A stretch of 62,924 bases of DNA, the filler included, from Licmophora abbreviata (Eukaryota), in NCBI GenBank assembly GCA_900291995.1. It is 11 parts of 11 records of this genome, joined end to end, with 100 filler letters (N's around TTAATTAATTAA, not from the genome) between each part and the next. Parts side by side here need not be neighbours in the genome. Positions count along the whole stretch, not along the records: positions 1 to 11,163 come from OLMU01004789.1; positions 11,264 to 15,756 come from OLMU01004792.1; 9 more parts are not named here. The stretch is one strand, 5' to 3'. A model generated the notes under the pieces. That model saw nothing but the letters and a program-made list of their open reading frames with translations, was not told the origin of the DNA and did not search any database. Of this stretch, positions 1 through 11,346 are shown in pieces (the stretch's first letter is position 1; every line of letters begins with the position of its first letter). Position numbers and translations under genes: made by a program.

Positions 1-395
1 CTACTCGAGTACTCCGTAGATCTAAAGATTTGTGCGGTTGGCAGGAAATCTTTACTCTCAGACGTTCAATGGTACAGATCTATACGAATGATTACATCCT
101 TCATGGAGAGAAAAACGTTAGGATGTGATGGAAAACGTGTCGGACGACGGACAGCCTCTATAGAGCCAAGTTTTAAGTTTTGCCGCAAAGATCCAAAACT
201 CGTAAGATCCAAAATTCACCAGAATTCGAAATCACGAAATCACGAATTAGTCTGCATAGCCTACTGTGAACCGGCCGTGCACATCACAATCACAATGCCT
301 CCTGCTCGTGCCCTTTTCGTTCGAGGGAGGACCGATTCGATTCTATATGATACTTAGTCTTCTTGTACTGTAGACTGAAAGACAGAAGTATCCCA

Positions 396-3300
396 ATGTC
401 CACGGAAACGACCCCCATCCTGACAGAGTCCGCGCGCAGACGCCAGTACCCTCTTCCCGACATGACGTCCACCGCCCACAGGGCATCATCAATCCGAGAC
501 CAAGTCATTCCAGAAGAGCCTCGAAAAGGAAGCAGTACTAGAAGTGAGCATGGTATCGTTCGAAGATGGAGTAAGGACACGTCGGGGATTACGGACGCCG
601 AGACGGAACAGTCCACGGTAGCACCCCGTTGCACGCTTCCGTCATTGGATTTCGACCGCGTTGTGAATTCATACAGCATGATGGCCACTAAGAAGCGTCT
701 CAGGAAGCGACTCAAGTTAGCACCAAGTACGAGCAACTGGGATAAAGCTACCGCATCTCAAGAGGAAAGAGACTTTGACTCGAATGGACGAAGACAGTGG
801 GCGGCAAGGCGGCGACCGGATGGGAAACAGGTCGTCATGTGGATTTTAACTCTTTGCGTTGGACTCCTGTGTGGGCTGGTTGCAGTCTTCATTCTGGACT
901 GCGTCAAAAGGATCGTTAACTTCCGAGTAGCTGTTCTGAATCACATGCTCGAGTTGATGGAGCATCCGAATAGTACCGATCACATGAATCCCAAGGACTG
1001 GTTTGGAAAGCTGGTGGGATGGGTGTGTGGCAGTGGCCCGAGAGGTCTGGTCCTTCAGCACCAGATGCCAGGACTATTGGCCTTATTCTGCCTCTACAAT
1101 TTGTTGCTAGCATGCACGAGTAGTCTACTGTGCCTGCTGTATGCACCAAATGCGATTGGAAGTGGCATTCCGGAAGCAAAGGCGTACCTGAATGGCGTGT
1201 GTGTGCCATCATTTGCTGACGCCAGTACATTCGTTGTCAAGATTGTCGGAACCATACTGAGTGTCTCAAGCGGGCTCATTGTCGGTCCCGAGGGACCCTT
1301 GGTTCACGTGGGTGCCATGATCGGGCAAGGACTCACCAAGAGCACGAGACTGGACGTTGCGATTCATCGACTACAAGCTAACTTCCCGATACTATCACGC
1401 TGGTGTGGTTGTTCTAGCCTTGATGCATTTGGCGATGACGGTGTCGCCCCAACTCCCCGAAATGACAACAAAGGCGTTTTGGGCTCCAATTTTTTCGAAA
1501 CCAAACGTAATCGACAACGTGCCACGCAACATCTCCAAGAAGGCTTGGCAACGCTAGGTAGCGACGATGCGGACAACCCTGAGTCGCATGGACTCTTATC
1601 GCCCGAGCGCCTGGACGAAGTCGAAACCAGCGCGCGAGATGAAGAAGAACGATCGGTATCGACGACGTTGTGCTATAGCTGTCAGAATGGCGCTCGCTGC
1701 AGAACGCCCCGCAATTTCATCTTGTCTCAGTTCGCGTCGGTGTTGTCGCGATTCAGGAACGACACAGATCGCCGCGATCTTATTTCGATCGGTGTAGCAG
1801 TTGGTTTTGCTGCGGCATTCGGTGCTCCGGTTGGCGGTCTCTTGTACAGCATGGAAGAAGCATCAAGCTTCTTCACCCTTTCGCTCATGTGGCGCATGCT
1901 GGCTGCAACGGCGATTGGGACGTTGGTGATTGCGGTCTATCACGGCGACCTGACCGAGTTTAGTGTCTTGTCGTTGGGTCAGAGCGAGATGGAGCATGAG
2001 ACGCCAATGAAGCATTTCCAAGAAATGCCGTATTATATTATACTTGGAACATGTGGAGGATTGCTGGGGGCCTTCTTTAACGCATGCTATAGAAGCATGA
2101 ATAGGCGGCGAAAGCAGTTCTATTCTCATCCACGGATGTCGGGATGGCGCCTGACTGGTGCAAAGCTGGCGCAAGTGGCCGTGATAAGTTTGATTACATC
2201 GTCTATCACGTTCCTATTGCCTCTCGCCTTACCGCACTCTTGGGTGTGTCGCGATATGCGACTCGAGACTAGCTACGATCCGGAATCGGTGAACGCTTAC
2301 TTTGATCGTTTCACCTGTGACGAAGGACACATCAATGCAATTGCAGTCATCCTGCTTGGTTCGCGAGGTATGACAAGTCGTGAAATTCAGCGAAACATGT
2401 GCGCTATGTAGCAGACTTCCGCGTTGATCACATTCCTTACGCGGTGCTTGCTCACCTGCATTTTGCTTCGACAGACGACGCATTGAACACGATTCTCACT
2501 GATCCATCCAAGTTCGGTCCCGGAATTTTGCTTGTTTGCGGGTTGACTTGCTTCTTTCTTTTGATCGTTACATTCGGAGTTGCGTTACCCATGGGCCTGT
2601 TTATGCCAACGCTGCTAACCGGCTCCTCGTTCGGCGGTGCGGCTGGTCTGTTGATCAAGACGCACCTTGTTTCTAGCGTCGTTCCCTCCGACATGGCTTT
2701 GGTGGTACGTATGTTGGATTCAAATACCAGTAGACTCCAGTGTGATCCATCTCATTCACAATCTCAAATCCTTCTACAGTGTGCAACCTCGATGCTTGCC
2801 GGAGTCCAGAGATCGACAGTCAGTCTTTGCGTCATCATGATGGAAGCCACAGGACAGACGAAGGTTTTGATTCCGCTCATCATTGCTGTGGTCATGGCGC
2901 GATATATCGGCGACTTCTTTAACGAGGGCTTTTATCATGTAAGAAGGTGCTGCTGTGATAAGTTCGAATGCGTAGCTTTTAATCACTGTTGACTGACTCA
3001 AGGGGTGATATCCATATCTTCGCTTGTCATAGATCGAAATGGAGCTGAAGGAGTATCCGTTTCTCGAGCACCGAGTCAAGGCCGCTTTTGACATATGCAG
3101 CGTTGCAGACGTCATGACATCACCTGTAGTCACAGTGCGTGAGATCGAGACTGCTGGTGCTCTTGAGCAGCTTCTGCTCTCCACCAGCGCGGAAGGGTTT
3201 CCTGTCATCAAGGAAACGACCAAGGAGTATGTGGGGCTCATTCGTCGCGATCAACTGGTGGCTTTGTTGGAGTGCAACATCTTTATGGAAGAGACTAAGG

Positions 3301-3812
3301 CCGACGAGCGAAATTCCTTAGCAATCTCTAACGTTATGCAGCGAGCCAAGAAGAAGACTTTCGACCACGTGTTATTCCGAGACGACGATGTCTACGCGGA
3401 CCGTGCAAGACGAACGGCTCGGTCTGGAAACGTCGACTGGCTTCAAGAGAATGTCCTGAAATCTGAACAGGGGAACCACGTCATGATCGGAGGCGACGAG
3501 ATTCTTCCAGAAGGTGCGTCGATAATATCAGTCGGCAGCACATCGGTGAAGTTTGGACCCGAGGGCAGTCTTATTGTTCACGTCTCCCTGGCGGACGTAC
3601 ACAAACATGTAGACATTTCAGCGGCCATGAATCGGGGCGCCTACACTGTTGTCGAGAATACACCCCTATCGAAAGCGTACGGACTATTCTCGGCACTGGG
3701 TCTGCACTATCTTACGGTCCTGGGCGACGGCAAGGTAGTCGGAATCCTTACTCGAAGCAACTTCATGATAGACTTCATGTCGAGAAGAACGGGCATCGAT
3801 TTTCATCACTAG
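396..3812 (+). CDS. CLC-family chloride channel / Cl-/H+ exchanger with C-terminal CBS pair (ClC-6/7-like); 4 exons
   Basis: Motifs GSGIPE, GPEGP, AAAFGAPVGGLLYSMEEA, GLFMP, RSTVSLCVIMME, FYH and CBS domains. Inferred GT-AG introns 2368-2474, 2705-2779 and 2939-3032 join ORFs 363/2399/3039 in frame. Confidence 0.93.
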
Positions 3813-4525
3813 GCAACATAACCTCATGTGCTTGTCCAATACATGCACGTTGTTAATAAGATGTGGTGAGTATCAACACGCTTCAATGACACTTGTTAAA
3901 CAATATAGTGCTTCATAGCTAAACTCTCGTGCGATCGCAATGCGATCATGCTCGTCGTAGTGTATGGGTAAGTCGCCAATTCCGTTGAGAACCAAGTTTC
4001 GACCATTGTTCGTTTGACTTAATGGACAGAGCGTGCTTGCTGTTGAAACAAAGCTTTGCTTCTTTCCTTTCAATTCGAGCGGCCTCTCGCTGCTACGTAA
4101 TTGGAGTACTTGGCAGTAGCAGCTTCAGTGTGGTCGAAAGTGAGCTATTGTTACCGGTAGACGAATGAAGCACCCTTATGGGTACTCTTTGATGATGTAG
4201 GTGTTTCAATTAGGTGTCATTGCATCGCGCATGTAGATTTGAAGGTTGCCTTTTGTATCTTCATCAAATCTCTCCCCGCCCTATGCGACCGCATGAAGTG
4301 AAGCAAAAAGTGAGGCCAGTTTCAAACCTCGAGCTTTTTCTGCGAGCTCTTCTCTTGCGTGTCGCGTTCGTCGGTTCGGCCTCACTCCGTTACAGCACCA
4401 TGACGGCGACAGACGACGTTACGTTTTGCCGTTCTTCTCTCGCTGGACCACTGCTCCCCTCTTTTTCGTACCCCCCTATCTCTGGTTCTCATCTGACAGT
4501 ACAGTGAGCATCTGCAAGAATAAAA

Positions 4526-4957
4526 ATGTCGTCGATTTCCGCCATAAAAAAGCTCGTCAAAGAGCTCCCCTTGCGGCGGGCGATTGAAAAGGTCCGAGAG
4601 GAGATCTTTGGAGACGCGCCGCAATTGAATATGAGAACGGGCACTCAGTACTTGAAACGAATGCATCGAGGACCCTACCTTGCGCGGTACTATCCTGATA
4701 AAATTGAAAAGGCCGCGAGAATGGTAAGAAGCCAGGTGTAGCGTGGCGACGATTTTACAGAGTTCCAAGAATTGCAAACTTCTAACACATCCCATCCCAT
4801 ACTCTTTCAAATCGCTGATACATACGAGTAGGCTGTTCCTGGATACACCTCAGAACTTCAAGAACGACGAACCAACAAGCTGACTCGACTACGAAATCGA
4901 GGCAAAGGACCTCCGAAGAAGGGAAGCGGAAAGCGCGCACAAAAGAAGAAAAAGTAA
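4526..4957 (+). CDS. MRPS33: Mitochondrial ribosomal small-subunit protein mS33 (Rsm27/MRPS33 family); 2 exons
   Basis: Exon 1 IFG...RTG...L...RGPYLARYYP; intron 4724-4831; exon 2 AVPGYTSELQERRTNKLTRLRNRGKGPPKKGSGKRAQKKKK*, the typical RGKGxPKKG tail. Confidence 0.88.
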
Positions 4958-4996
4958 TATCATAGTAAAGCGACATGGGGAGGAAATTTACGATGC

Positions 4997-5287
4997 ATGT
5001 CGCTAGATCCAACGCGTACAACAACGAGTAAAAGTATCGACGCGTCTAAGTGATAGTGTCTTGACTGTGCAAATACCATACGAAGCATCCGTCGAAAATC
5101 CTTAGCCCATGCTCGCGACTGGCGAGACATTCTACTTGATCGTCGATACTGTCGTCTTACAGTCTACTCGAATCGACGCTGCATTCTTAACATTTGGCGT
5201 TCACTCAAACTCGCCAGTCGAGGATGGTAATATCAGTTCGGGCGGCACGGTTCCATCATCGCGTCTCACAAGGTGAAACCCCACCCC
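4997..5287. repeat. Left copy of a 291-bp direct repeat (partial copy of the 3' CDS and 3' UTR of the 7769-8488 gene)
   Basis: Ungapped match to 7565-7855 at offset 2568; about 7 substitutions counted by eye. Confidence 0.97.
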
Positions 5288-7564
5288 AACGCTCGTCCTA
5301 CTCTTGTCCATGATACATTGTGTAATACATCCCAGCCAGTACAACCCCATTCGATATGGCTGCTTGCGATATCGTGGAAAAGGTTGCTATCAGTGTCCTC
5401 TGTCGGGACTGATCTTCTCGACTGGTTTATGACCTGGATCGTTTTCCATGCAAGTTTCAGTTCACTAAGACTCACTTCATCAGATTCACCAGTATCAAGC
5501 AAGATAGGGTGACTGCCTTTATACACTTTGTTGAAAAGTACGACTTTGCCCTCACAGAACTCATCACTGGCCGGTCGCTGGATTCGAAGGCACTTGCCAA
5601 GGCCTTGCATTACCAGTCCAGCTTCAGCACTCTTGCATGCGTGCGTGCATCCCTACCAGTTGCCCAAGCTCGGCCAGCAAAGTCATTCCATCCTTGCTCC
5701 AGTCTTCCTCGTGGAGGGTCCAAGCTAAATTCTCGACGATCATCGCTGGGTCGCAAGGTCACAAAGTCAACAGTGCTGAAACTTTTGCCATTCAAAGAAA
5801 CTTGTCGAAGAAACCTGTCAACAAAGTCAAGATAGAAAGAATGTGATACCCCCGCAGTTGCCTGTACAAACCGGATACAAGTCGCCCCAAAAACATGTAT
5901 AGCATCATACCCTCCTTGGTTGCCACCGATCCAAAACCAGTAATCATCAGCGCCATGAACCACGGCGTCTTTTATGCTCTCGGGCGTCTCCTCTTGAAAG
6001 GCTGCCACATTCCAGCTCTCCGGCTGACCAGAAATGCTGACAACCGACAGTGGAATCCTTGTGTCTCGGGCCTGCTGAAGCTTTTCTTGCAAACGTATCT
6101 CAAGGGCATAGCCTTCAATCGCTCGATTACGTGTCGTGGCGGCAACCGTGCGAAGTTTATCTACTGATTTTGGCATCGACAAAAGAATTTCTTGGGCGGC
6201 AAACGCACTAACAAAGATATTTTTGGAGCGGCTTGGATCAAACTCATCATCTTGTACTTGAAGCGAACGCCTACCTGGTGCTGCAGGCACTTTTGTGGGC
6301 AGCGCGGATGTTTGAGCCGGCGTTGGTCCATTGTTGTTCACGAAAGCAATCAACCTATTGATAGCTCCGGTGTTCCGATTCATTGTCAGTGCTGCTTGCA
6401 TCGATTCAATGCTGTTCCCCAGGGCCTCCACACCCTCTTCGACGTGCTCCTTGATCAATGGAATTGGAAAAAGGAACATAAACCGAGCGCAATGGCCCGC
6501 AAACTCGAACTTTTGTTCTAGTGCTGATTCCCTTTGCAGACGTGAAGCATTTTGAGGCAGCGATCCGGGGAGTCGATCCCGGGTTTGGCTCCAGAATTCG
6601 TCATCCTCACCAGCTCTCTTGTATTCCTCGGGAGACCACGCAGGGAACCGGTGGCGAAGTTGAATAATATCTTGTGTGTTCCCGAGATGAATTCTGACTG
6701 ACTCCGAAGAACATAGAATTACCGCAACCCCTCTACGACACAATTTTGCAATGACCCCTATCCAGCTTTCAATGGTTTCTGTCCTCAAACCATCAAACAC
6801 AACCACCTTTCCGGTAAATTCATCGGATCGCTGAGGAATAGGAACGCTGGTAGCACTGCACTGGCCAGGAGACTGACTGCTTCCGCGTAGAAGCCATGCC
6901 CCCGGATCCCTCTCCTTGGTTGCACAATCCATCCACGTGACGCAATCCACCCATTCTTGCTGGCATGTCCGTACAGCCCATTCATAACAAGCACTTGACT
7001 TTCCATTTCCCGGGGGTCCGCTAACGATGATGACGCGCTTTACAGCCGCCACCCAACGGTCTTGGTCGGCGACAGCAAGCCAACTCCATTGTTTCTCGGT
7101 GACTTTTGTCAGCCTATTCCACAGGTCCGTCACAGGCTGTCGTTCGTACAGCTTCATGTTGGATTGAAGGTACACGGGAGTGTCCTGACGCGTCAAAGAA
7201 GAGAAAAAACGGGCCGTCATGGTCGAAATTATGATGATAGTTTGAAAGTTTTCTGTTCCCCTGATCGTAGACGGACAGACGGATAGCGGCCATCTCGTGT
7301 GAGCGTACGAGTACCTGCTAGGGACGGGATTCAATTCATCAACTTGACACGTTTTCGGTTGTCCTCTGTCCTAAAGGCTTCTTGTAGGTGGCTGAACACT
7401 CCGCGAGAACCTGGGATAGCTATTGACATGGATCGGAGCTCCCCAAGTATCTCATAATGCCACGTGTTTAACGAGAGTCGCCGCTGATTGGGGGTAATGC
7501 TGTCCAGCATCTCGGCGAGGTGTCAGTGACAACGTCATAGAAAGGGTCTTGAGATTTACAATGA
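5288..7564 (-). mobile_element. Candidate 2.28-kb inserted element carrying a Crinkler/RHS-type NTPase-REase gene
   Basis: Unique segment bounded precisely by the two 291-bp direct repeats. No terminal inverted repeats or poly(A) tail seen. Confidence 0.5.
5610..7220 (-). CDS. Crinkler (CRN)/RHS-type protein: P-loop NTPase + PD-(D/E)xK-like endonuclease fold, intronless, no N-terminal header domain
   Basis: LYER, Walker A GPPGNGKS, Walker B VVVFDG, W-SPEEY, AGHCARFMF, FVS, EGYALE, NQGGYDA and FVQAT..H, in the motif order of CRN C-terminal regions. ATG at 7220 (MTARFF). Confidence 0.8.
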   Translation of the reverse strand: MTARFFSSLTRQDTPVYLQSNMKLYERQPVTDLWNRLTKVTEKQWSWLAVADQDRWVAAVKRVIIVSGPPGNGKSSACYEWAVRTCQQEWVDCVTWMDCATKERDPGAWLLRGSSQSPGQCSATSVPIPQRSDEFTGKVVVFDGLRTETIESWIGVIAKLCRRGVAVILCSSESVRIHLGNTQDIIQLRHRFPAWSPEEYKRAGEDDEFWSQTRDRLPGSLPQNASRLQRESALEQKFEFAGHCARFMFLFPIPLIKEHVEEGVEALGNSIESMQAALTMNRNTGAINRLIAFVNNNGPTPAQTSALPTKVPAAPGRRSLQVQDDEFDPSRSKNIFVSAFAAQEILLSMPKSVDKLRTVAATTRNRAIEGYALEIRLQEKLQQARDTRIPLSVVSISGQPESWNVAAFQEETPESIKDAVVHGADDYWFWIGGNQGGYDAIHVFGATCIRFVQATAGVSHSFYLDFVDRFLRQVSLNGKSFSTVDFVTLRPSDDRREFSLDPPRGRLEQGWNDFAGRAWATGRDARTHARVLKLDW

Positions 7565-7855
7565 ATGTCGCTAGATCCAACGCGTACAACAACGAGTAGA
7601 AGTATCGACGCGTTTAAGCGATAGTGTCTTGACTGTGCAAATACCATACGAAGCATCCGTCGAAAATCCTTAGCCCATGCTCGCGACTGGCGAGACATTC
7701 TACTTGATCGTCGATACTGTCGTCTTACAGTCTACTCGAATCGATGCTGTATTCTTAACATTTGGCGTTCACTCAAACTCGCCAGTCGAAGATGGTAATA
7801 TCAGTTCTGGCGGCACGGTTCCATCATCGCGTCTCACAAGGTGAAACCCCACCCC
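7565..7855. repeat. Right copy of the 291-bp direct repeat
   Basis: Matches 4997-5287; contains the stop codon and 3' UTR of the 7769-8488 gene. Confidence 0.97.
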
Positions 7856-8488
7856 TTGGTTGGTCACGACCTGGCAATCGAACCCCACTTCTTCGACAGT
7901 GACATCCTCTGTGCCCTCCACATATCGCTCCATACACGTCAGTAGTACATTAGGATCGTTCTGCGCGCACTCTGTCTCACTATCCCCCGGCGCAGTCCAA
8001 AATTGAAGCGATCCAAAGGAACGACTAAGTTCTACCGGTCTCAGTCGCACAGCATGCTCCTCCATTAGATTCAATTGCCTTGCTATTGCTTGATTCAACG
8101 ATACTGTGCCCGTACACCGTGCTACTTTTCCAATGTACCAGTAGGTCGTTTGTTTCGGGTCACGCGCATAGACATCATTGACGCAATCGGGGTCTCCGAC
8201 GTTTCGAATATTGAGAAAGAGTTCCGCTTGGCGCTCAATATTGTCTTGTATATACGCCATATCACCACCCTGAGGAGGCCCTCGCTCATTGGGACGCGGT
8301 ACGCGTTCGAATAATAAGGGGGCCTTGAAGTACGGATGGGCTCGTCGTTGTGTTGATGGATGAGGCAGGAAAGCTGAGACCGGGACGACGACCGAGCAGA
8401 ATTGGTACAGCAGATGGACGGTCCAAACAATAGCGCATGCGAATGTTGAAACCCGATTTCTTGGCACTTCTGTGATATGGATCACCAT
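7769..8488 (-). CDS. Uncharacterised protein, probably plastid-targeted
   Basis: Open 239-aa frame from ATG 8488; hydrophobic leader ending VSA-FLP (ASAFAP-like); globular-looking C-terminus. Confidence 0.7.
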   Translation of the reverse strand: MVIHITEVPRNRVSTFACAIVWTVHLLYQFCSVVVPVSAFLPHPSTQRRAHPYFKAPLLFERVPRPNERGPPQGGDMAYIQDNIERQAELFLNIRNVGDPDCVNDVYARDPKQTTYWYIGKVARCTGTVSLNQAIARQLNLMEEHAVRLRPVELSRSFGSLQFWTAPGDSETECAQNDPNVLLTCMERYVEGTEDVTVEEVGFDCQVVTNQGVGFHLVRRDDGTVPPELILPSSTGEFE

Positions 8489-9091
8489 TGCTGACGAACA
8501 ATGCAATGAACGAAGGTAGCAAGTCTCCCGCTTAGCGGCGTAACTCTCTGATGACAACAGACCGATGTCGAATGAAAGGAAGCCATCCTGAACAGAAAAC
8601 AAGTACAGGAATTTCAAATTGGCCAAAATTTCTGAAATCGACCAAAATCACAGATATTGAGATAAAATCGGACAGGTTGAAGTTGTGACGTTAAGTAGCT
8701 CATAACCCAATGCCAATGACAGGCGTACAGCGCGTTTCGAATGAATCAAATCAAATCTTGAACCGAATTCGATGAACGAATCGAATCCAAGCACGCTGTC
8801 AATGATTGCTCTCAATAGGGTAGTATGAAGTTTGAAGATAAATCGCTCCTAGTTTTATACACAGCAAAGGAGGAAGAATGTGATAGACAGTATCCCCACA
8901 ACAGACTCCGCGTCGTGCATAGATAGTAGAACAGTCGAGGTCATTGTAGATCCAAGTTCAACCCACGATGCGTGCATGGATGAATCGCCCCATACAAATA
9001 CTGCACGCACCATCCGTTGACAATCCACACGCATACACACCTACGACTCGTTCGATACAACATGCCTTCCTTGCTCCCCGTTGTGTTCCAG

Positions 9092-9995
9092 TTAGGTCTC
9101 CTTTTCTACAGCAGCACTCTTGGCCTTGCTCTTTCGTCCCGCCGCAGACTCGGCCTTCTTTTCATCCTTTTCTTCATCGACTCCTGCCGCCTTGCGTGCT
9201 TCCTTGACTGCCTGTTCCCACTTTTCCGTAGTTTGAGGTTCATGCTTGACCCGTTCTGTCTTGAGCGTGTCACGAACAATTTCGTAGGCAATGGCGGCCT
9301 TGGCACGAGTCTCAAAGACTCCAATGTAGCGAGACTGACCGGCATAGTACAATTGTGCTTGCTGGGAAGGGACACGAATCGGACAGAGACGTACGTTAGT
9401 AATCATGACGTTCCGTTTACTGTGTAGTAGACTCACCGATGCGTGCAGTCTTAGTGTTAAAACTTACCCACTTGCCGGAGGCACGCATGGTAATGCCACG
9501 CAAGTCGTCCCCATAGTCGACCGCGTGAACCTTGGCAGCAGCCTTCTTTTTCGACGCGGCCTTTCGTTTCTTATTGCTGTTGGATGCTGTCCGACCAGTG
9601 GTGCCAGAGGCAGTAAACATGGAGCGCTTCTTGGGAGGCAGGGATGAGCTAGCGGAAGAGGGAGAGCCTTCAGCGGTGATCTGGCTGGGCAAAGAAGAAG
9701 AAGAAGAAGAAGAACCGGCCTCTACTTCTGCTTCGAGCTGTGCCGCCATCATGAGTAGAGCTGTGCCCGAAGGAGCAGGAGAGGCAGTGGCAGTGCTAGC
9801 AGTAGACACAGGAGGGTGAGGGGAGGAGGGGAAGCCTGGTATGGCCCCCGCAGTCATCCTGGACGAGTACGAAGCACTGTAGGGAGAGCCACCAATGACG
9901 ACACCATACCCCGCCGAGCCGGGAGGAAAGAGATCTCCGGACTTCGTTGTTGTCGACGGAGACGTTGTTTGAGCCTCTGTCTCTTTAGGAAACAT
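9092..9995 (-). CDS. AP2/ERF-domain transcription factor; at least 2 exons, 5' end uncertain
   Basis: Intron 9362-9467 joins LRGITMRASGKW|QAQLYYAGQSRYIGVFETRAKAAIAYE (AP2 domain). A pyrimidine-rich CAG just upstream of ATG 9995 could mark a further upstream exon. Confidence 0.85.
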
Positions 9996-10409
9996 ACTGA
10001 AACAGGGACGAAGGCCTAGACTCGAAGGAAACGCAGAGAAACAAGAACACTAGGACTGCACACGATGCTTGTAGCATTCGAACAGCAGCAGCAACCAACA
10101 CACACAAGATCCGCCCTGTCTCTCAACGTGATGCACGCCACCCACGCGCGGCGTGGCCAACAGCAATGACGAACATCGAACGAAATCAACCGCGCGATGA
10201 GAATTCTTCATCGCGCGTGGTGATGCTCTGTGAGCCATCCATTTTTACGACGGGACAGACAGACGGCGTGACTCGAATGAGACTTGTGTCACTCGTGACT
10301 CGGACGGAAGTCTGAGGAACTTTTTGCGCAAACAGCAATCACGTATCATAGTACCGCCGCGGTCCACAGACTTGTGTGTTTTCTACTCTTATCGTCGTTT
10401 CCATTGACC

Positions 10410-11163
10410 ATGCCCACCAATTCCTCTTCGTCTACGTTCCATTGGATCCGGGGAGTCAATATTGGCGGCTGGCTGTTGCTCGAACGATTCATTTCGCCTT
10501 ATATATTTAGCATTACCGACTGTCACGTCAACGGCAACTTTTGCTGGTACCCGGGACAAATTGGAGCTCCTCCCGTCGACAGTGACGAATATGTCCAGTG
10601 CGATTATAGCAAATGCAAGCCACTGCTCAATGATACTGCGGGGACGGGACTCTTTGACTTTCCAGTCGATCAGTACACACTTATGCAACAGTTTCACGGG
10701 GACACGGTCACGGCTGCCAAGTACCTCGAATACCACTACGAGCACATGGTGACACGCCAAGACATTCACAATCTGAAACTAAACAACGTTACTCACGTGC
10801 GTGTGCCACTGCCACATTGGATCTTGGGAGACATCCAGGAAGACGAACCCTACGTGCACGACTCAGCATGGCTCTACTTTACGCGATTGGTCAATTGGTG
10901 TCGCGAGGAGTCGATCCAAGTCTGGCCCGACTTGCACACAGCACCGGGCTCTCAGAATGGCTTCGATAACAGTGGACATGCCCTGCCGGATGCCCCTACC
11001 TGCACCCATTGGAGCTCTTCTCCGCAAAATGTGGCACGGACGCTTCAAATTGTCACTGACATTTGTCGTCGACTCGTTCGAGATGGACTCACTGACGTGG
11101 TGACGGGATTCGGGATTCTGAACGAGCCCTTTCGGGATTGTGACATGAAAGTTGTGAAAGACT
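10410..11163 (+). CDS. Glycoside hydrolase family 5 (exo-1,3-beta-glucanase-like), 3'-truncated by gap
   Basis: IRGVNIGGWLLLE, HVRVPLPHW, DLHTAPGSQNGFDNSG and catalytic LNEP. Confidence 0.9.
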
Positions 11164-11263
11164 NNNNNNNNNNNNNNNNNNNNNNNNNNNNNNNNNNNNN
11201 NNNNNNNTTAATTAATTAANNNNNNNNNNNNNNNNNNNNNNNNNNNNNNNNNNNNNNNNNNNN
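11164..11263. other. Artificial scaffold spacer
   Basis: N44-TTAATTAATTAA-N44 (stop codons in all six frames). Confidence 0.99.
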
Positions 11264-11346
11264 ACAACACCGAAAGTCGCCTTTGCGTCGTGTTCTTTGG
11301 GGGCCAACGACGTGAATTTTATAAGTAGTACGAACCCTGACGACAT

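Noticed and set aside
4997..7855. LTR retrotransposon interpretation of the direct repeats
   Set aside because: The repeat is host CDS/3' UTR, lacks CA 3' ends, and the interior has no gag, RT or integrase motifs.
9693..9713. (GAA)n microsatellite
   Set aside because: Encodes a poly-Ser tract in the AP2 gene; ordinary.
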